From the NCBI GenBank assembly GCA_000320545.1, contig ADNK01000136.1:186001-250000 (forward strand): a DNA stretch of 64,000 nucleotides, read 5' to 3'. This document shows positions 13,919-27,291 of this stretch, piece after piece (position 1 is the stretch's first letter; every line of letters begins with the position of its first letter). The notes below the pieces were generated by a model. It worked only from the letters and a program-made list of their open reading frames with translations, did not search any database and had not been told where the DNA came from. The translations under genes and the position numbers were made by a program. The DNA comes from Bigelowiella natans CCMP2755 (taxonomy: Eukaryota > Protista > Cercozoa).

Positions 13919-15126
13919 CAGGAATACCGAACGAATCGGCCATAAAAGCGTTTCATTCGGCGGAATAAGCAAACTTTTTATAAGACAAGAATCTTAAAAT
14001 CAATAGTGATATCTTATCGACTTATTCAGCTACGTGATGAGGAATCGAAGTACTTCTTCGATATCAAAGAGCAAGAAATAGCCCAGCGCAGCGTCCGTGC
14101 ATTGTATTTAAATAATAGCACTGCTTGTGCAATTTATTATTATCTTCATGTAATTTGAAAGTGTGACAACAGCGAGTCAAAGTGCACACATATATACACG
14201 CAAATAATTAATTTAGCGTCATCTATTATTAGGTATGCGCACAATACAGTATCGTTGTACATTGATAATGCTAACTTGTGTGATTGTATCAGCGCGTGTG
14301 AACGATGCAGCGCTGTGTAAAAACATTGATGTTCACGTCCATCTAGCCATGCGCGACTTATTCTTCAAACGAACAAAACGTGCTAGTAGCGTGGTGTGTA
14401 TTCGTAGCGAAGGTCGAAGTCACTGTCACATTAAATGCGTGTGACCAGCCGGTATCGTATGTACGTCGTGCATGATAGAACATTTATATGAGTGCACGCA
14501 CAGCAGCACACCATTGCAAAACTACGTACATTTGCTACGATACCATGCATGCTTGCGCAACTGGCGCGTCATTCGCAGCTCCGCCGCACACACACACACA
14601 CACACACACATACAAAACGCAAGCGAGTTCATGTACGTTGCCTACTTGACTGCGATGCTTTTTGAGAAGTTGCTGTTTTTTTGCCAGTGTAGCGCTGCGA
14701 TGCGTTGCCACGAGCTAGCGAGACCTAGCTAGCTAGCAGCTAGATGGAGATGTATCGTACTACATATTCAAATTTTGTCAATTTTCTTCGTCGGTGACGA
14801 TGCAGCCACTATGTACGTACTACATGCAGCTTATTGTCACATTGCAGTTGTGAGGCAAAACACAATTGTTCGTCAGCGTACGTACAAGCTCAAGCTGCAT
14901 GCGGGATGACGCGAAATGCAATTAACAAAGAACTACAAAATGCAGAAGTTGCTTGTCGTCGAACATCAGCCGCACTGCTAACCTTGCTTCCATCATGCCG
15001 TGAAAGTGAATTCATCATTTTGTTTTCTGACTGAATAGCTACTACGTAGTATCTGCGCCATGTGCGCTAGCAAGCAAGCAAGGTTTCGATGAGCTCTCCC
15101 CCATGAGTTGCTTTGGGATGATGCCA

Positions 15127-15549
15127 TTAGTAAGCTTCTTCATAGATTCTACGAGCATCATCTGGCAAAACCTGAAGTAAGATAGAAGTGTGGTATTGTA
15201 ACAATTGATGATAGCACGTATAGCGAACGAAGAACCATTTATGTATACGTACATCGAAAGAATACCTGCCGCGGATTGTTCGGTAGAAGCCGTGTTTGTT
15301 TCATTGCCTCTGTGATGTGATAGATAATCTTGTTGAGGATGATGATTGAGTTCGGTGGAAATAAAGTAGTAGTAGTAGTAGAAAATGGTGATGAATAAGA
15401 AAGGTTTTCAAAAGCTAACCCTCCAAAACTAGAACAAGAAGAAGAAGAAGAAGAAGAAGAAGGAGAAGAAGGACAAAAGACATAATCATTACCTGTTACA
15501 AGGAGCTCAATATCGTCGTCTTGGTTGACCCCAACCTACAAATATATAG

Positions 15550-15593
<44 letters not shown>

Positions 15594-16169
15594 TTTGTGT
15601 TTTGATGCTGCTCCTATGCACAGGAAGAAGAAAATCATGATGATGATGATGATCATGATGAAGGAAACGAAGAGGAGCTCTCATTGCATAAAACACGCAG
15701 TCACCAATTCGAGTATATGTGTGTGTGTTTGTGTGTGTGCGTGTGTTATCATCGTCATCATCATCATCATCATCACCTGCCGTAATTGCGTTTCAAGCCC
15801 AAGTTCCAGGGGAAGGGATTGATAATATGCTATCATATTCTCTACCTGTGTACCAATTTAACACCGTAGTTTTGATGAAAACGGTTACTACTATTTGTAG
15901 TATCTGATCAGCGTGGTGTCGTTACTACTATAAGAACAACAATTTTCATACTTGAAAGAAGTGCATTATGCACTTGGATTATCATCTTGAATAATGTTGT
16001 TGCGGTATTATCAAATAGTAGCAAATGTCGTAGAAGGATCAATGGGATTAAGGAGGAGAATGCAAAGCACCTTTTCTGATGATGAAGAAGAAGAAGAAGA
16101 TGATGATGATGAGGAATTACTCAATAATCCACCAATTAAAGGAGCTAATTCAGCGTACATTGCCCTATA

Positions 16170-16204
<35 letters not shown>

Positions 16205-16350
16205 GTACATTGCCCTGTAAATAATGGTATTATTATTATTATTATTATTATTAATAATAATAATAATGATTACAAATACAATGAGTCAACACCATTATCG
16301 GTAGTAGTATCGGTAGTAGTAATAGTAGTAGTACCAGCAGCAGAGGTTGT

Positions 16351-16386
<36 letters not shown>

Positions 16387-18459
16387 TATTTTCTTAACAG
16401 TGGAAGGAACAACAAACAAATCGTAGTAGTAGTAGTAGTAGTAGTAGTAGTAATAGTAGTGATAGTAGTAGGTGGTGGTATTGGAGAATGTTGGTGCTGG
16501 TGGTGAAAGGAGGAAAAGGAGGAAGAGGAGGAAGGGGAACAGGGCTAGTAGCTTAACTCCTAGTAGTAGCACTAGTAGTACTAGTAGTAGTACTTCGCAG
16601 CTGGATCTTTGGCATTGAATTTTAGCACATGTGGTAACATGAGCGAATTGCTTAGACCGTGAGGTACATGAAAATGAGACCCTATTGGATATGCTAGTGC
16701 GTGGACCTGATCATAATCATGATGATCATCAGAAGAAACAACATATATTCTCCGATAAATTTTAAAAATAAGTGATGATGATATCAAATTTAATTTCTTC
16801 TTGTTCGACTTACTGCTGCAACAGGGGCGTTAGCAAAGGCTATTCCAGCGTATCTTTGTTGATGGATATATGTATGTATGTAATAACAACAATTATTTGC
16901 ATAGTAGTAGTAGTAGTAGTAGTAGTAGAAGTAGTAGTAGAAGTAGTAGTAGTAGTAGTAGAAGTAGTAGTAATAACGCAGTATAGTATAGCAGCATTCA
17001 TTTTATCATCCTGTGCTGCTGCTATTGCTGGAAATGGCCAATACCAACAAGAAGGGTGTTCTTTATTCATGCTGCTGCTGCTGCTGCTGCTGTACGAGTA
17101 AGCTTTGCAAGAAGCACCACTGTGTTGTTGTTGTTGTTGTTGTTATTGTTGTTGCTATTTATGGAAATGATGATGTTGTACTGATTCGTCGTACAAAGAG
17201 CCTTTTAGCATTGCCAATCTTGCTTCCAAATCGCCATTATCTCCAGTAACTACCTGAAGTTGTAGTATCAAATTATTTGTAGGTCGGTGCAGATTTGAAA
17301 AAGGGGGAGGACGATTGAGAGAATACAGAACATGATACACATTTCTTCCATATCTTTTTAGAGAAAATTGGTGAGTGATGGTCTTATGATTTCCACTTCC
17401 TATTTTCCAGCTAATGATTATAAATAGTGTGATCATTATTATCATTGATAGCATAATATATACGGTGACCGAACATTAACCTTATGTATATTCTCAGAGA
17501 GCAGTCTCAACGCCTGTGAAAGAGATGATGATGATGAAGTTAATCAGTGATGATGATGATGATGATGACGACGCAGGATACACCACACATCTATATATGT
17601 CATACCATCTTTGCAAAACCATCTGAAACTTCATTTTTCTTCAAACGTGATGTATATGCCTCAATTGCGTGGACCTATGATTGGAAATAGTAATAATAGT
17701 AGTAGCAGCAGCAGTAGTAGTGGTAGTAGAAAGCAACACAAATCAAAGAATGGTGAAGAAGAAGAAGCAGTGGCAATAGTAGTAACAAATTGTAGTTATA
17801 GTAGTAGTAGTATTAGAAGGAGGAGGAGAAGGAGGAAGACGAAAACAGAAAGGGTGGTGTTCAATATATTGATAGTCAAAGGTGCTCATCCTCATCCTCA
17901 TCATCCTCATCCTCATCATCATCATCATCATCATCATCATCGAGTGTGAGCACCATAGCATCAATTCCGGTTGCAGCTGTGACTTTTGGTGGTAGGCTAA
18001 CTGTTAAGACAGGGTCTAATATTGCCCAATCCGGAAGCAACACCTACATACATCATAATAATAATTACGATGTGTGTGTGTGAGGTCCATCATGTTGCTT
18101 GTACGTAGGAGCACCGTGCATAATACACTAAGCACATACACATGTATTTTCACTCGTTTGTTATTATTCTTCGGTATTGGTACTCCTCCTCCTCCTCCTC
18201 ATCCTTACAGGATCTACAACGCCCTTTTTCTCGTTTTCCCCGGTGGTCAGGATGCTATCATGGTGTTGGTTGTCGAAGGGGGGGGGGGCAGGGAGGGATG
18301 AGGGGTACGATTAGTGATATTGATCCATCAAGTAACAACTTTCCAGTGATTATTGCAACACCTGTTGTTTAGTAGGACAACAACTTCTACTACTGCTCTG
18401 CTGCTGCTGCTGCTGCTGCTGTTGTTACTACTGCATACTACGACGACTACTATTACTAT

Positions 18460-18491
<32 letters not shown>

Positions 18492-19435
18492 TTGTTACTA
18501 CTGCATACTACGACGACTACTATTACTATTACTACTACTGCTGCTGCTGCTGCTGCTGTTGTTACTACTGCATACTACGACGACTACTATTACTATTACT
18601 ACTACTGCTGCTGCTGCTGCTGCTGTTAACCTGATTGGCGTGACCTCAGACCCTGTTCCTGCTGTCGTAGGTATCTGTTCATCATCATCATCATTATTTA
18701 ATATAATATTTGAATATTATATACTCGTCATTCCTTCAATCATTCATCGGTATATTGGTAGAGTAAAAGGATGATCATGCACTACCTGCACAAGAGGAAG
18801 GCGCTCGCTTTTGGTAGCGTTGGCAACCCCGTACCTAGTGTTTGTTGTCGTAGTAGTAGCACATGATAATACAGAGATTAAGTAACAGCAGCAGCAGCAG
18901 TAGTAGTAGTATCAGTAGTAGTTGTAATAGGAGCGGGGTAGGGTAATATATTAAGTATCAACAGCGAGAGGGGAGAAGTTATCACGCCTACTGCCTCTCT
19001 CAATTATATAATCTTTGTTCCGTGAAAAGGCATAGTGGATGTGTTGCATCGTCATTTGATGGCGGAAATTTGCAGAGATATTTAGTTACAGAGAGTCGAG
19101 AGACTGGTGATCATGTTTGTGAGCTAGATACGCAACAAGCTTGGCCACATCCATTGGGGAACCCCCTGTAGTGTTAGTGTTTTACTTCGGTTATGGCCAA
19201 CCAAGCAATGACAATGGTAGAATGTACTCGTTGAACAAAAGTGTTTAGAAGTAGTAAGTAGTAGTAGTAATAGCAGTGATGAAGGAATAGCACCTCCAAA
19301 TCCAACAACACAGTCCACGCCAGCATTGATCGCATGTGAAACTTGTCATGGGGAACCATTTGACCAGAATTAATAATATCGCCCAGAAGCGGTGAATTGA
19401 GGTTGATGGTTCTCAGGGCTACAACAACAACAACA

Positions 19436-19469
<34 letters not shown>

Positions 19470-20036
19470 TATGCATATCATTTTATCAAAAAGGGAACAA
19501 ATAGAAGAAGAAGAAGAAGATGGAGAAGAAAAAAGGGGGTCACCTGCGATCTTCACAGTTTCTTCAGGTGGGTCGTTTGTTACGTCGTCAAAAATGGTCA
19601 TATCAACCCCGGAGGTTCTTAGAGATGCAATACCTTCCTCTAATAGCCTGGTGGCGCAGCGGCAGCAATGCAGTAGCAGTGTCCATCACATTGACGGAAG
19701 GAGATTAGAAGGGCGATGTAACAAAAGATGAAGAAGAAGAAGAAGAAGAAGTAGGTAGCTAAGTCAAAACACGTACAACAAGCTTATTACCCCATTTTCC
19801 GTACCCCCTTGTCGGTCACCATCATTGCACGCTTACAGCCCATACGAGTGAGAACTTCACCCAGCTTCGTCAAACAAGGGGTAAACATAAGGGGAATGGG
19901 GAGTAGGTAGACTTTATTTAGATACTTATGACTCGACAATAATCATAAAAATAGGATAATGTGCCCTCACCTTAGCTGTTGCACCTATTTCAGCCATGAT
20001 GCTGCGAGTTGTTTGGAATAGGAACCCGGAAGCCAT
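15127..20036 (-). CDS. Iron-containing alcohol dehydrogenase (Fe-ADH), resembling the bacterial 5-hydroxyvalerate dehydrogenase-like subfamily; at least 19 exons
   Basis: Spliced peptide includes KRAMMVTDKGVRKMG, VVGFGGGSPMDVAK, IPTTAGTGSEVTP, LLPDWAILDP, TGIDAMVHAIEAYTS, AFANAPVAAVHALAYPIGSHFHVPHGLSN (Asp/His metal ligands), and LLPNNPR...IYEEAY*. Stop TAA at 15129-15127. Confidence 0.92.
18398..18625. repeat. Three tandem copies of a ~70-bp composite unit built from (CTG)n and (TAC)n, in an intron of the Fe-ADH gene
   Basis: The unit (ctg)n-ttgttactactgcatactacgacgactactattactattactacta is seen three times. Confidence 0.9.
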
Positions 20037-20542
20037 ACTCGTAGCAGATTGTAAGCAGTTTCACAGGAGATGAATAAGTCTATCGAAAATCAATTTATTA
20101 CTCTGCTGCTAGTATCCTGTTGCTGCGCATACTCTACCTACCTGCTTGTATTGATAAAAAGGTTTTATCTATCCTCAGCCGAGAGAAGGAGAGGAGGAGG
20201 AGGAGGAGGAGGAGGAGGAGGAGGATGAGGAAGGTTGGTTTTAGTGCCAACCTTAGAAGTTTTTGGTGTATATTTTTACCATAAAAATATATTCGATATG
20301 AATGTTAGCAAGAACATTCATTAGATATTTCCGGTGTATATTATTGTCAGGATGACAAGGTCGTAGAGTGGGAGTCATCAGAGTAATTATTATCATCCGC
20401 GTAGCAGTAGAAAGGAGTATGATGAGTGCTGCTCCTCCTCGTGGCCTCCTGGTTGTGTAGAAAGTAGCTACAGAAGAAGAGCATATGCTAAAGAACTAGA
20501 GATTAAAAAAAAGGAGGAGGAGAAGAAGAAAAATAAGCACAA

Positions 20543-21088
20543 ATGATCAGAGGAGGAAAGGGTTTCAAGTTATCGAGGGGTTGGACTTTGGCCATGGCAT
20601 CATGGCGACTGGGAGGAGTTGGAATGTCGTCAATAGACAGCAGTAGATGGCCGCAAAGACTGGGCTCCACCCGGAGACTGATGACAGATATCCTGCATTC
20701 TGGAAATAGCAAAGCAAAAATATCGGCACAGGGGTAGAATTACTAACAGTCTTGCTGCATCAACATCTTGTAACTACTTATTTAAATTCGTACTTCATTT
20801 CTCATCACACTCTAAGGTCGGAGCATAATCACCATCGTAACAATTATCATCGAGTTGCTCGCGTAGCTGTAATTGGAACGCCAAATGCGGGTAAGTCGGT
20901 CATCGTTAACAAAATGGTTGAATCGAAGGTCTCAGCTGAGTCTCCAAAGCGCCATACAACACGCAAAGAAGTTCTAGGGATTCTCACAGAAAATGACACT
21001 CAATTGGTATTTTGTTATTATTGTTGCTATTGTTATGGTTGGTTCTAATGAATCAAATGTATTGCAAACTAGAAGAGTGAATTGAGGG

Positions 21089-21125
<37 letters not shown>

Positions 21126-21319
21126 CTGAATGTTACATCACTTGTTGTTGTTATTATAGTAGTCGTATTAGCTGAATATTACATCACTTGTTGTTGTTAT
21201 TATGCACAAGATATTGACGGACACCCCTGGGATAGTCGCTAATAAAGAAAAGACTCGGTATGAGTCGGGGTTGGTAAGGTCTCCTTGGGAAGCATTGTTT
21301 GGTGTGGACGCAGCCTTGG

Positions 21320-21351
<32 letters not shown>

Positions 21352-21365
21352 AAGAAAATAATACT

Positions 21366-21414
<49 letters not shown>

Positions 21415-22098
21415 TATACATGATTCCGTTTCTGAGATAACGCTACTGGAAGATGAAAGAAATTACTATCCTCCTCATCCTCCTCCTTTGTTATTCTGCT
21501 GACAGTGGTAATCGACGCCGCAAAACGTTTATACGAAGCTGAATACCAAATGCTTCAACGAGTACGTAGAAGCAACATCGTTGTCCTCTTTCTACTTCTG
21601 TTGACTAATTATCATGGGAATCTGATCGATCTTTTGGAAATAGCTCCAAAAGATCAAGGACGATAAAGAAGGAAAATCGCCACCTCTATTCCTCGCTTTA
21701 AATAAGGTTGTTACTTCTTTTGTTTTTTACATATTTGAGACGAACAGTAAATTGATATCATCGTAATCCTATATAATTACAAGGTAGACTTAGTTCATCC
21801 CAAAGTAAAGCTACTCGATATGAGTGAAAATCTCAACGACATGGTGGTCATTATATATTATATACAACTGATCGAATAAATAGTAGTATTAAGAGTATTA
21901 GTAACACACCATTATTATATCCAAGCTTAAATTCGATGCTGTCCACTTCACTTGTGCAACGTCGGGCGAGGGAGTTCAAGGTATACCGCAGCACTTACAC
22001 ATGTTTCTGCTAAAGAATTTTCCACAAAAACCAAATGATGTGCCTATCTTTATGTCTGCACCGCAATCATCATCCTTATTACCTCTATGACACAAATA

Positions 22099-22139
<41 letters not shown>

Positions 22140-23272
22140 CACAATGTAATCACTGGTGCATTGGTTGCTAAGGCCTGGTAGCTGACTTACTAGCAGAGGC
22201 AAAAGCAGAAGAATGGCCTTTCAAATCGGAAAAAATAACAAGTAAGTTTACCACCTCTTCTAACAGTGCGCAACGATATGCAGCCCTTAATAGTAGTCAC
22301 GAAAGTAGTTGTAGAAAACGTTTACGTAGGACCATACTTAACCATCATACCATCATAAATAACATCATGTTCTTGGTATTTAAAAAATGATTGCTATTAT
22401 TTTTTTACCACGCATCACGTCGTCTGGGTAGACCTTTCTCTTGAGGAACGAGTCGTGGAAATAATGCGTGAGAAGTTATTTCATAGGTATCATTGTCGTT
22501 TTAACAATGTACCAGAATTGTGTGGTTAAGAATTGAAGAGGGCATGAAATTATACTATTATAATCTTGATCATTATTATAAAGGTTCCACGATGAGTTAC
22601 CATACCAAATCGACCAGCAGATCGAACAAGTGGTAATCAAAATATTATTATTATGTGAGTAGAAGTGGATTGTTCTGTCTTCATTGGTGTACATAATATG
22701 GGTTCTTTCGATTCACCGTTATGTGCAGATTGAAGGGGAGGACGGTTCAGTTCTAATTCGCCACATTTTGATTGTAAAGACAACAGGGCAAAAGCGAATC
22801 ATTGAAGGTCTTCATTATGTATTATGTATTGCAGTTGTGGTTGATGTAACTGTTGCAATTGTTGGGTATTTGGTGAAATTTGTGGAATAGTACTAAGTGG
22901 TGGAAGAAACATAGGCTAAATTCCCATTTATTTCGAGGATAGTGTTCTCCAAAACTAAAAATCGCAGCCGTCAGTACCAAAAAAAAGGCACGCACCATAT
23001 AACTTCGTCAGCGAATTGATACTGCAATTTGTCGGAAGTTCAGTAGAACACCACGGCTACAGTGAGAAGATTTTTCTGAGTCCATCACGTGATAACAGGC
23101 AAAACTGGATTGAAAATACTTGCATTGGAGAAAACAATGTCGGAAGAGTTGGAAAATATTGTTGGTATGTTTTTCTCCTTAGCATCATTCCATTTTTGAA
23201 CCCTGCTATGCTCGTTTTGCAGGATGCCCTGTAACATTGAAACTTCACGTCTCTGTCAAGACACAAAACTAA
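20543..23272 (+). CDS. ERAL1: Era-like GTPase (G domain plus KH-like C-terminus) with an Arg-rich organellar (probably mitochondrial) presequence
   Basis: G1 VAVIGTPNAGKS, G2 SPKRHTTR, G3 LTDTPG, G4 NKVD (split by an intron), EIMREKLFHRFHDELPY, GQKRIIEGKTG and VTLKLHVSV. Stop TAA at 23270-23272. Confidence 0.9.
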
Positions 23273-23435
23273 AATCTAGCGTCACCAATTTGTGAAAGCA
23301 ATCATGAATGACGGCCATCTTCATATCAATGCGGCCAACAATGCCTAGAATGTATAGATGTGTGCATGCCGCTAATGTATTTTAGCTTGATTGCGCATTC
23401 GATCACTATACCATCCACCTGGTGCAACGTAAGAA

Positions 23436-24256
23436 CTATGTCTACTGTAAGACGGATGTAATTAATCAATTAAATTTGTTCAATGGTCATCCTTATGTAG
23501 CTGTGCAAAGCATGCTACAGCGCTAATGTTAAATCTGTTAGTCTCAGCTATGATGTGTTCCATGCAAGTGAATGCATGCTTTTTCCTAGTTTCGGTCTTG
23601 AACGTCGCGCATTGCAGCCAAAGGCCCTGCTAGCCTGGCTGCGCGCAGCAGTATAGCAGTTCACGTTTTCTTACCTTTTATTCTTCAGATGTCAATCTTT
23701 GTTGCATTTTGTTTCGTCGTCGCGTGTCAATATCTAGCTATGGCAGTGAGTTGATTCCTCAAGCAGCGACGTTGTTATGTGACGTGACTTAAGTGGACAT
23801 GACATAATGACAACAGATGGTCCATGTCTTCGATTGTGTTGCAGATTGCGCAGTCTAGCAGTGTGCTTCGTCAGCTGCAGTCTAGCAGTGCACATGCCTC
23901 TTGAACGCATGCTTAAGATTGCAGCAATTTTTTGTCATCATACCTGTCGTGCGATCACTAACCAAATGAGCGTATAGAACCGATCAACCGAGTTCCTGAT
24001 GCCACTACCGCTGATGCGGACACGCATAAAGCAATAGACATATGTGCATACAAAGGCTGAAAAAGATTCAAGAACTGTTGCGCGCGATGCGCGCCATCAT
24101 CGGTCGAAAGAGGATGCTTTCACATGCATGAAACACATTGTGGTAGAAACCAACAGGCACAACATCAGCGCTGTAGCCGCTGCATTGCACAGCTACATCA
24201 GGATGACCATTGAAAAAATTTAATTTGTTCAATACATCCGTCTCATATGTGCATAG
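23436..24256. repeat. Diverged ~150-bp inverted repeat (arms ~23436-23585 and ~24106-24256); possible MITE/TIR relic
   Basis: Left arm gacggatgtaattaatcaattaaatttgttcaatggtcatccttatgtagctgtgcaa... aligns with the reverse complement of the right arm, gacggatgtattgaacaaattaaattttttcaatggtcatcctgatgtagctgtgcaa... Confidence 0.85.
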
Positions 24257-24525
24257 CAACCTGGCCATCTAGCCATGCACGAGTAAGGACAGTATACATA
24301 TAGGCACAACACATACACCAAAACTGTCGGTAGCATAGACCTCTGAGCTCGTCCCTACCGCGCCACTTATTGTGAATGTTATGTGGACATGTATGTATGC
24401 AAAGGTTCACACTTGTATGTATCAATTTTACTTAAGTGCGACTTCAATGACTTCACATTTTTTAGCGGCACGCAGGGGTCAAATACACAATTTTCTGCAT
24501 TGACTCAATCTATTTACTCCTTGTT

Positions 24526-25629
24526 TCAATTTGATGTCCGCAGTTCTTGTAATTTACTTTTAACCTTATGTTCCTAGTAAGGAAAAATACGTTGGTTTTG
24601 CCACCGTGCAACATCATGATATGTTCTTACCTGATACTCCCAGTATTTTTCCCGTATCTGGGATAAATTCCTGCAATATATAATATTATGCTATATTCCA
24701 ATAAATTTAATACTTGTCATGTACGTTTTTAAATCGGTGCACATCTTCGCGGCAGTTTGTAAGGAAGGAACAGTTGGAAATTTTAGGGCGACATCAATTA
24801 GGAAGCTGAGACATTCCGTACACCTAAAAAAATATAACTCAAAATCGTATTCACAAATCGGTATTGAACTTGAAACTTTGGATCTTTCTTCAATATTGCA
24901 GCTGCCAAACGTTTAACGGCATCCACCTGGATAGAAATTACTACGTCGTCAGATGAATGGGCAAAAATACGCAAAGTTGAAATCTACTGACGTTAAATCC
25001 ATTTTGAGCCATTAATCCTCTTAAGTAGTTCCAAGGGGAAAGATTGTTGGGAGCCTAGTTGTTACCACACTGAATAGTCAGCTATCAATTTCCAACCGGA
25101 GAAACTTCTCGATTACCTTTTCTAAAGATTTGAAGGTAAACTCTACCTCACGATTTTGAATCTCTTTATTGAAACCAGAAGTGTTCTTCACGACAAAGAA
25201 TCTCTAACAATAGTGAAGAATTTTCTCACGACGTATGGGGGAAATCGTAGAGAATCTTCTTATTATATATATAATACGGGTTGCATTGTTTGCTCGAAAA
25301 TTGGTTTATTACCTGATTCCATGCCGAATTATTTCGGATATCGACACGCAACAAACTTTCAACCTGAGTAGTAGTAGTAGGAGGAGGAGGAGGAGGAGGA
25401 GCAGTAGTGTTATATAATGAGAATAGAAAAAATGTATAAATTCTGCGTTTGAAGTGAAAGGAGGATATACGTATTTGAGCTCTCCCTTGAACAAGTTGAA
25501 CTTTTGGAGCACCCACTGTCTATGGGCCCAAACCTTTAGTGGTGTTTGTTAAAGGGAGGAGGGACTAATTAGTTGATGATCATCATCATACATGCTATCT
25601 ATGCCCCCTCATCCTTGGTGATAATGGAA

Positions 25630-25677
<48 letters not shown>

Positions 25678-26623
25678 GGAGAGGTTTATTAGCAGTGCTA
25701 GGATGATGATCATCATCATTATCGGAATTTTACGTGATAATTTTTAGGATCTTCTAGGAGAGCTTTAGCTGTTGCATCCAGCTCTTCGCCACATTCTCCA
25801 ATCTCATTTACAATGACTCGTCGGTGATGCCATAACTGATTATGATTTCTTCGTTGTTGATGCTCATATATCTTGGTGGAGACCATCACCACCACACATT
25901 AGGCATCATCATTGTTTGAACAACCTGATAGTTTTTACTACTTTGCTTTGCGACCTTTGAAATGAATGCCAGTTCCTAGAGGTGATGGTGGTGGTGGTGG
26001 TGGCGTCCAATATTAATACTAGCAACAACAACAACAACAATAACAACAACAACAACAACCAATGTGACCCCTCCCTTTTTATCTTCAAAACCTTCTTCAA
26101 ATCCGACTTAAGCATCATAAGACATTCTCGACGAAACAGCCAGCCAGTGTAGTTTGCAGGATTTACCTGTATGTTAAGGAGTAGTATCCTTTTTTGAAAT
26201 CGGGGTCATGTGGATTGCTATAGTCTATGAAGTAAAAAAATGTTGGTTGTTATTCTAATACCTGAATGACCTCCTCTGTTAGCGCTAACGCTCTCTCACT
26301 ATACTCCTTCTTCCGTAATATCGCTCGGAAGTAGTCCATCACTTCCACAACTACTCCATTGGTTAATAATGGTGAGTATTTAGAAATAGAATGACACATA
26401 TGTAAATTATGTATTCATAAGTGAAAGAAGAAGGGATTAGGTTGAACAGCATTTGCTTCTTATTATCAAAGCAGCAAACTCCACTAAACGTAAACGACGT
26501 ACAGTGCGGAGAGTAGGATATAGGAACAAGTGGCTCTGGCCCATCGTCTTGAGGTACTGGTTCAATGTCTTTCCATGCTGGAGCAGTTGAGAGAGGAAAT
26601 TCAAGTGTGAAGGGAGTCGACAT
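24526..26623 (-). CDS. FNTA: Protein farnesyltransferase/geranylgeranyltransferase-I alpha subunit
   Basis: WKDIEPVPQDDGPEPLVPISYS, MDYFRAIL..EYSERALALT, NPANYTGWLFRR, KNYQ.WHHRR, DPKNYHVWAHRQW, DIRNNSAWNQRFFV, NLSPWNYLRG, IREKYW (PPTA repeats). An alternative in-frame ATG lies at 26650. Confidence 0.93.
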
Positions 26624-27291
26624 TGTTCTGCAGAAAGAAATGCGAGGCATTATTCTGTTGATTCCCCCTTCTTTGTTACGTGCGATGGGTAAGGAATATC
26701 AGTAGAAAATAATTTTACGGAGACTTCTAAGTGGTTGTCCACCACCACTATCATCACCAACACCCATCCACCTCCTTCCATTGTTCGCTCTTATTTATTC
26801 TTAGTTGCTACTTCTTTTCTCCTCCTCCTTCTCCTGCCTGCTGCGTTGTGAGCAGCCACAAACAACAATAATCTCTGGTTTATCTCTCACACACAGAAAA
26901 TCTCCAATCGTCTCCAACGTCGCTACTACCGGTGGTAACTCCGAACGGGTACCTCTTCGACATCAATCATCACATGTAAAAATCCGAAGAAAGATCTTAC
27001 GAGAAAAGAATACAACCTGATCAACAATCAAGATACACCAATGAATTTGGACATGCGACAACATTTATTCAATATTTTACAACTACGACTCGTACCTGGA
27101 TGCATTTTTTGTCGTAAAGAGTTTCCTTCTTACCTCCGAATATAAAATTGCACAATGTTGCGGAAGTAGCCATCCCTCCATCATCGTCCATCACACATCC
27201 GTCGTCCGATCGGTAAAGAGCAGATTACCTGTGCATCCTGCCTTGCGTCTTGCTGTCCCACCGATCGATTACCTGACGAAAACGCTCTAAA

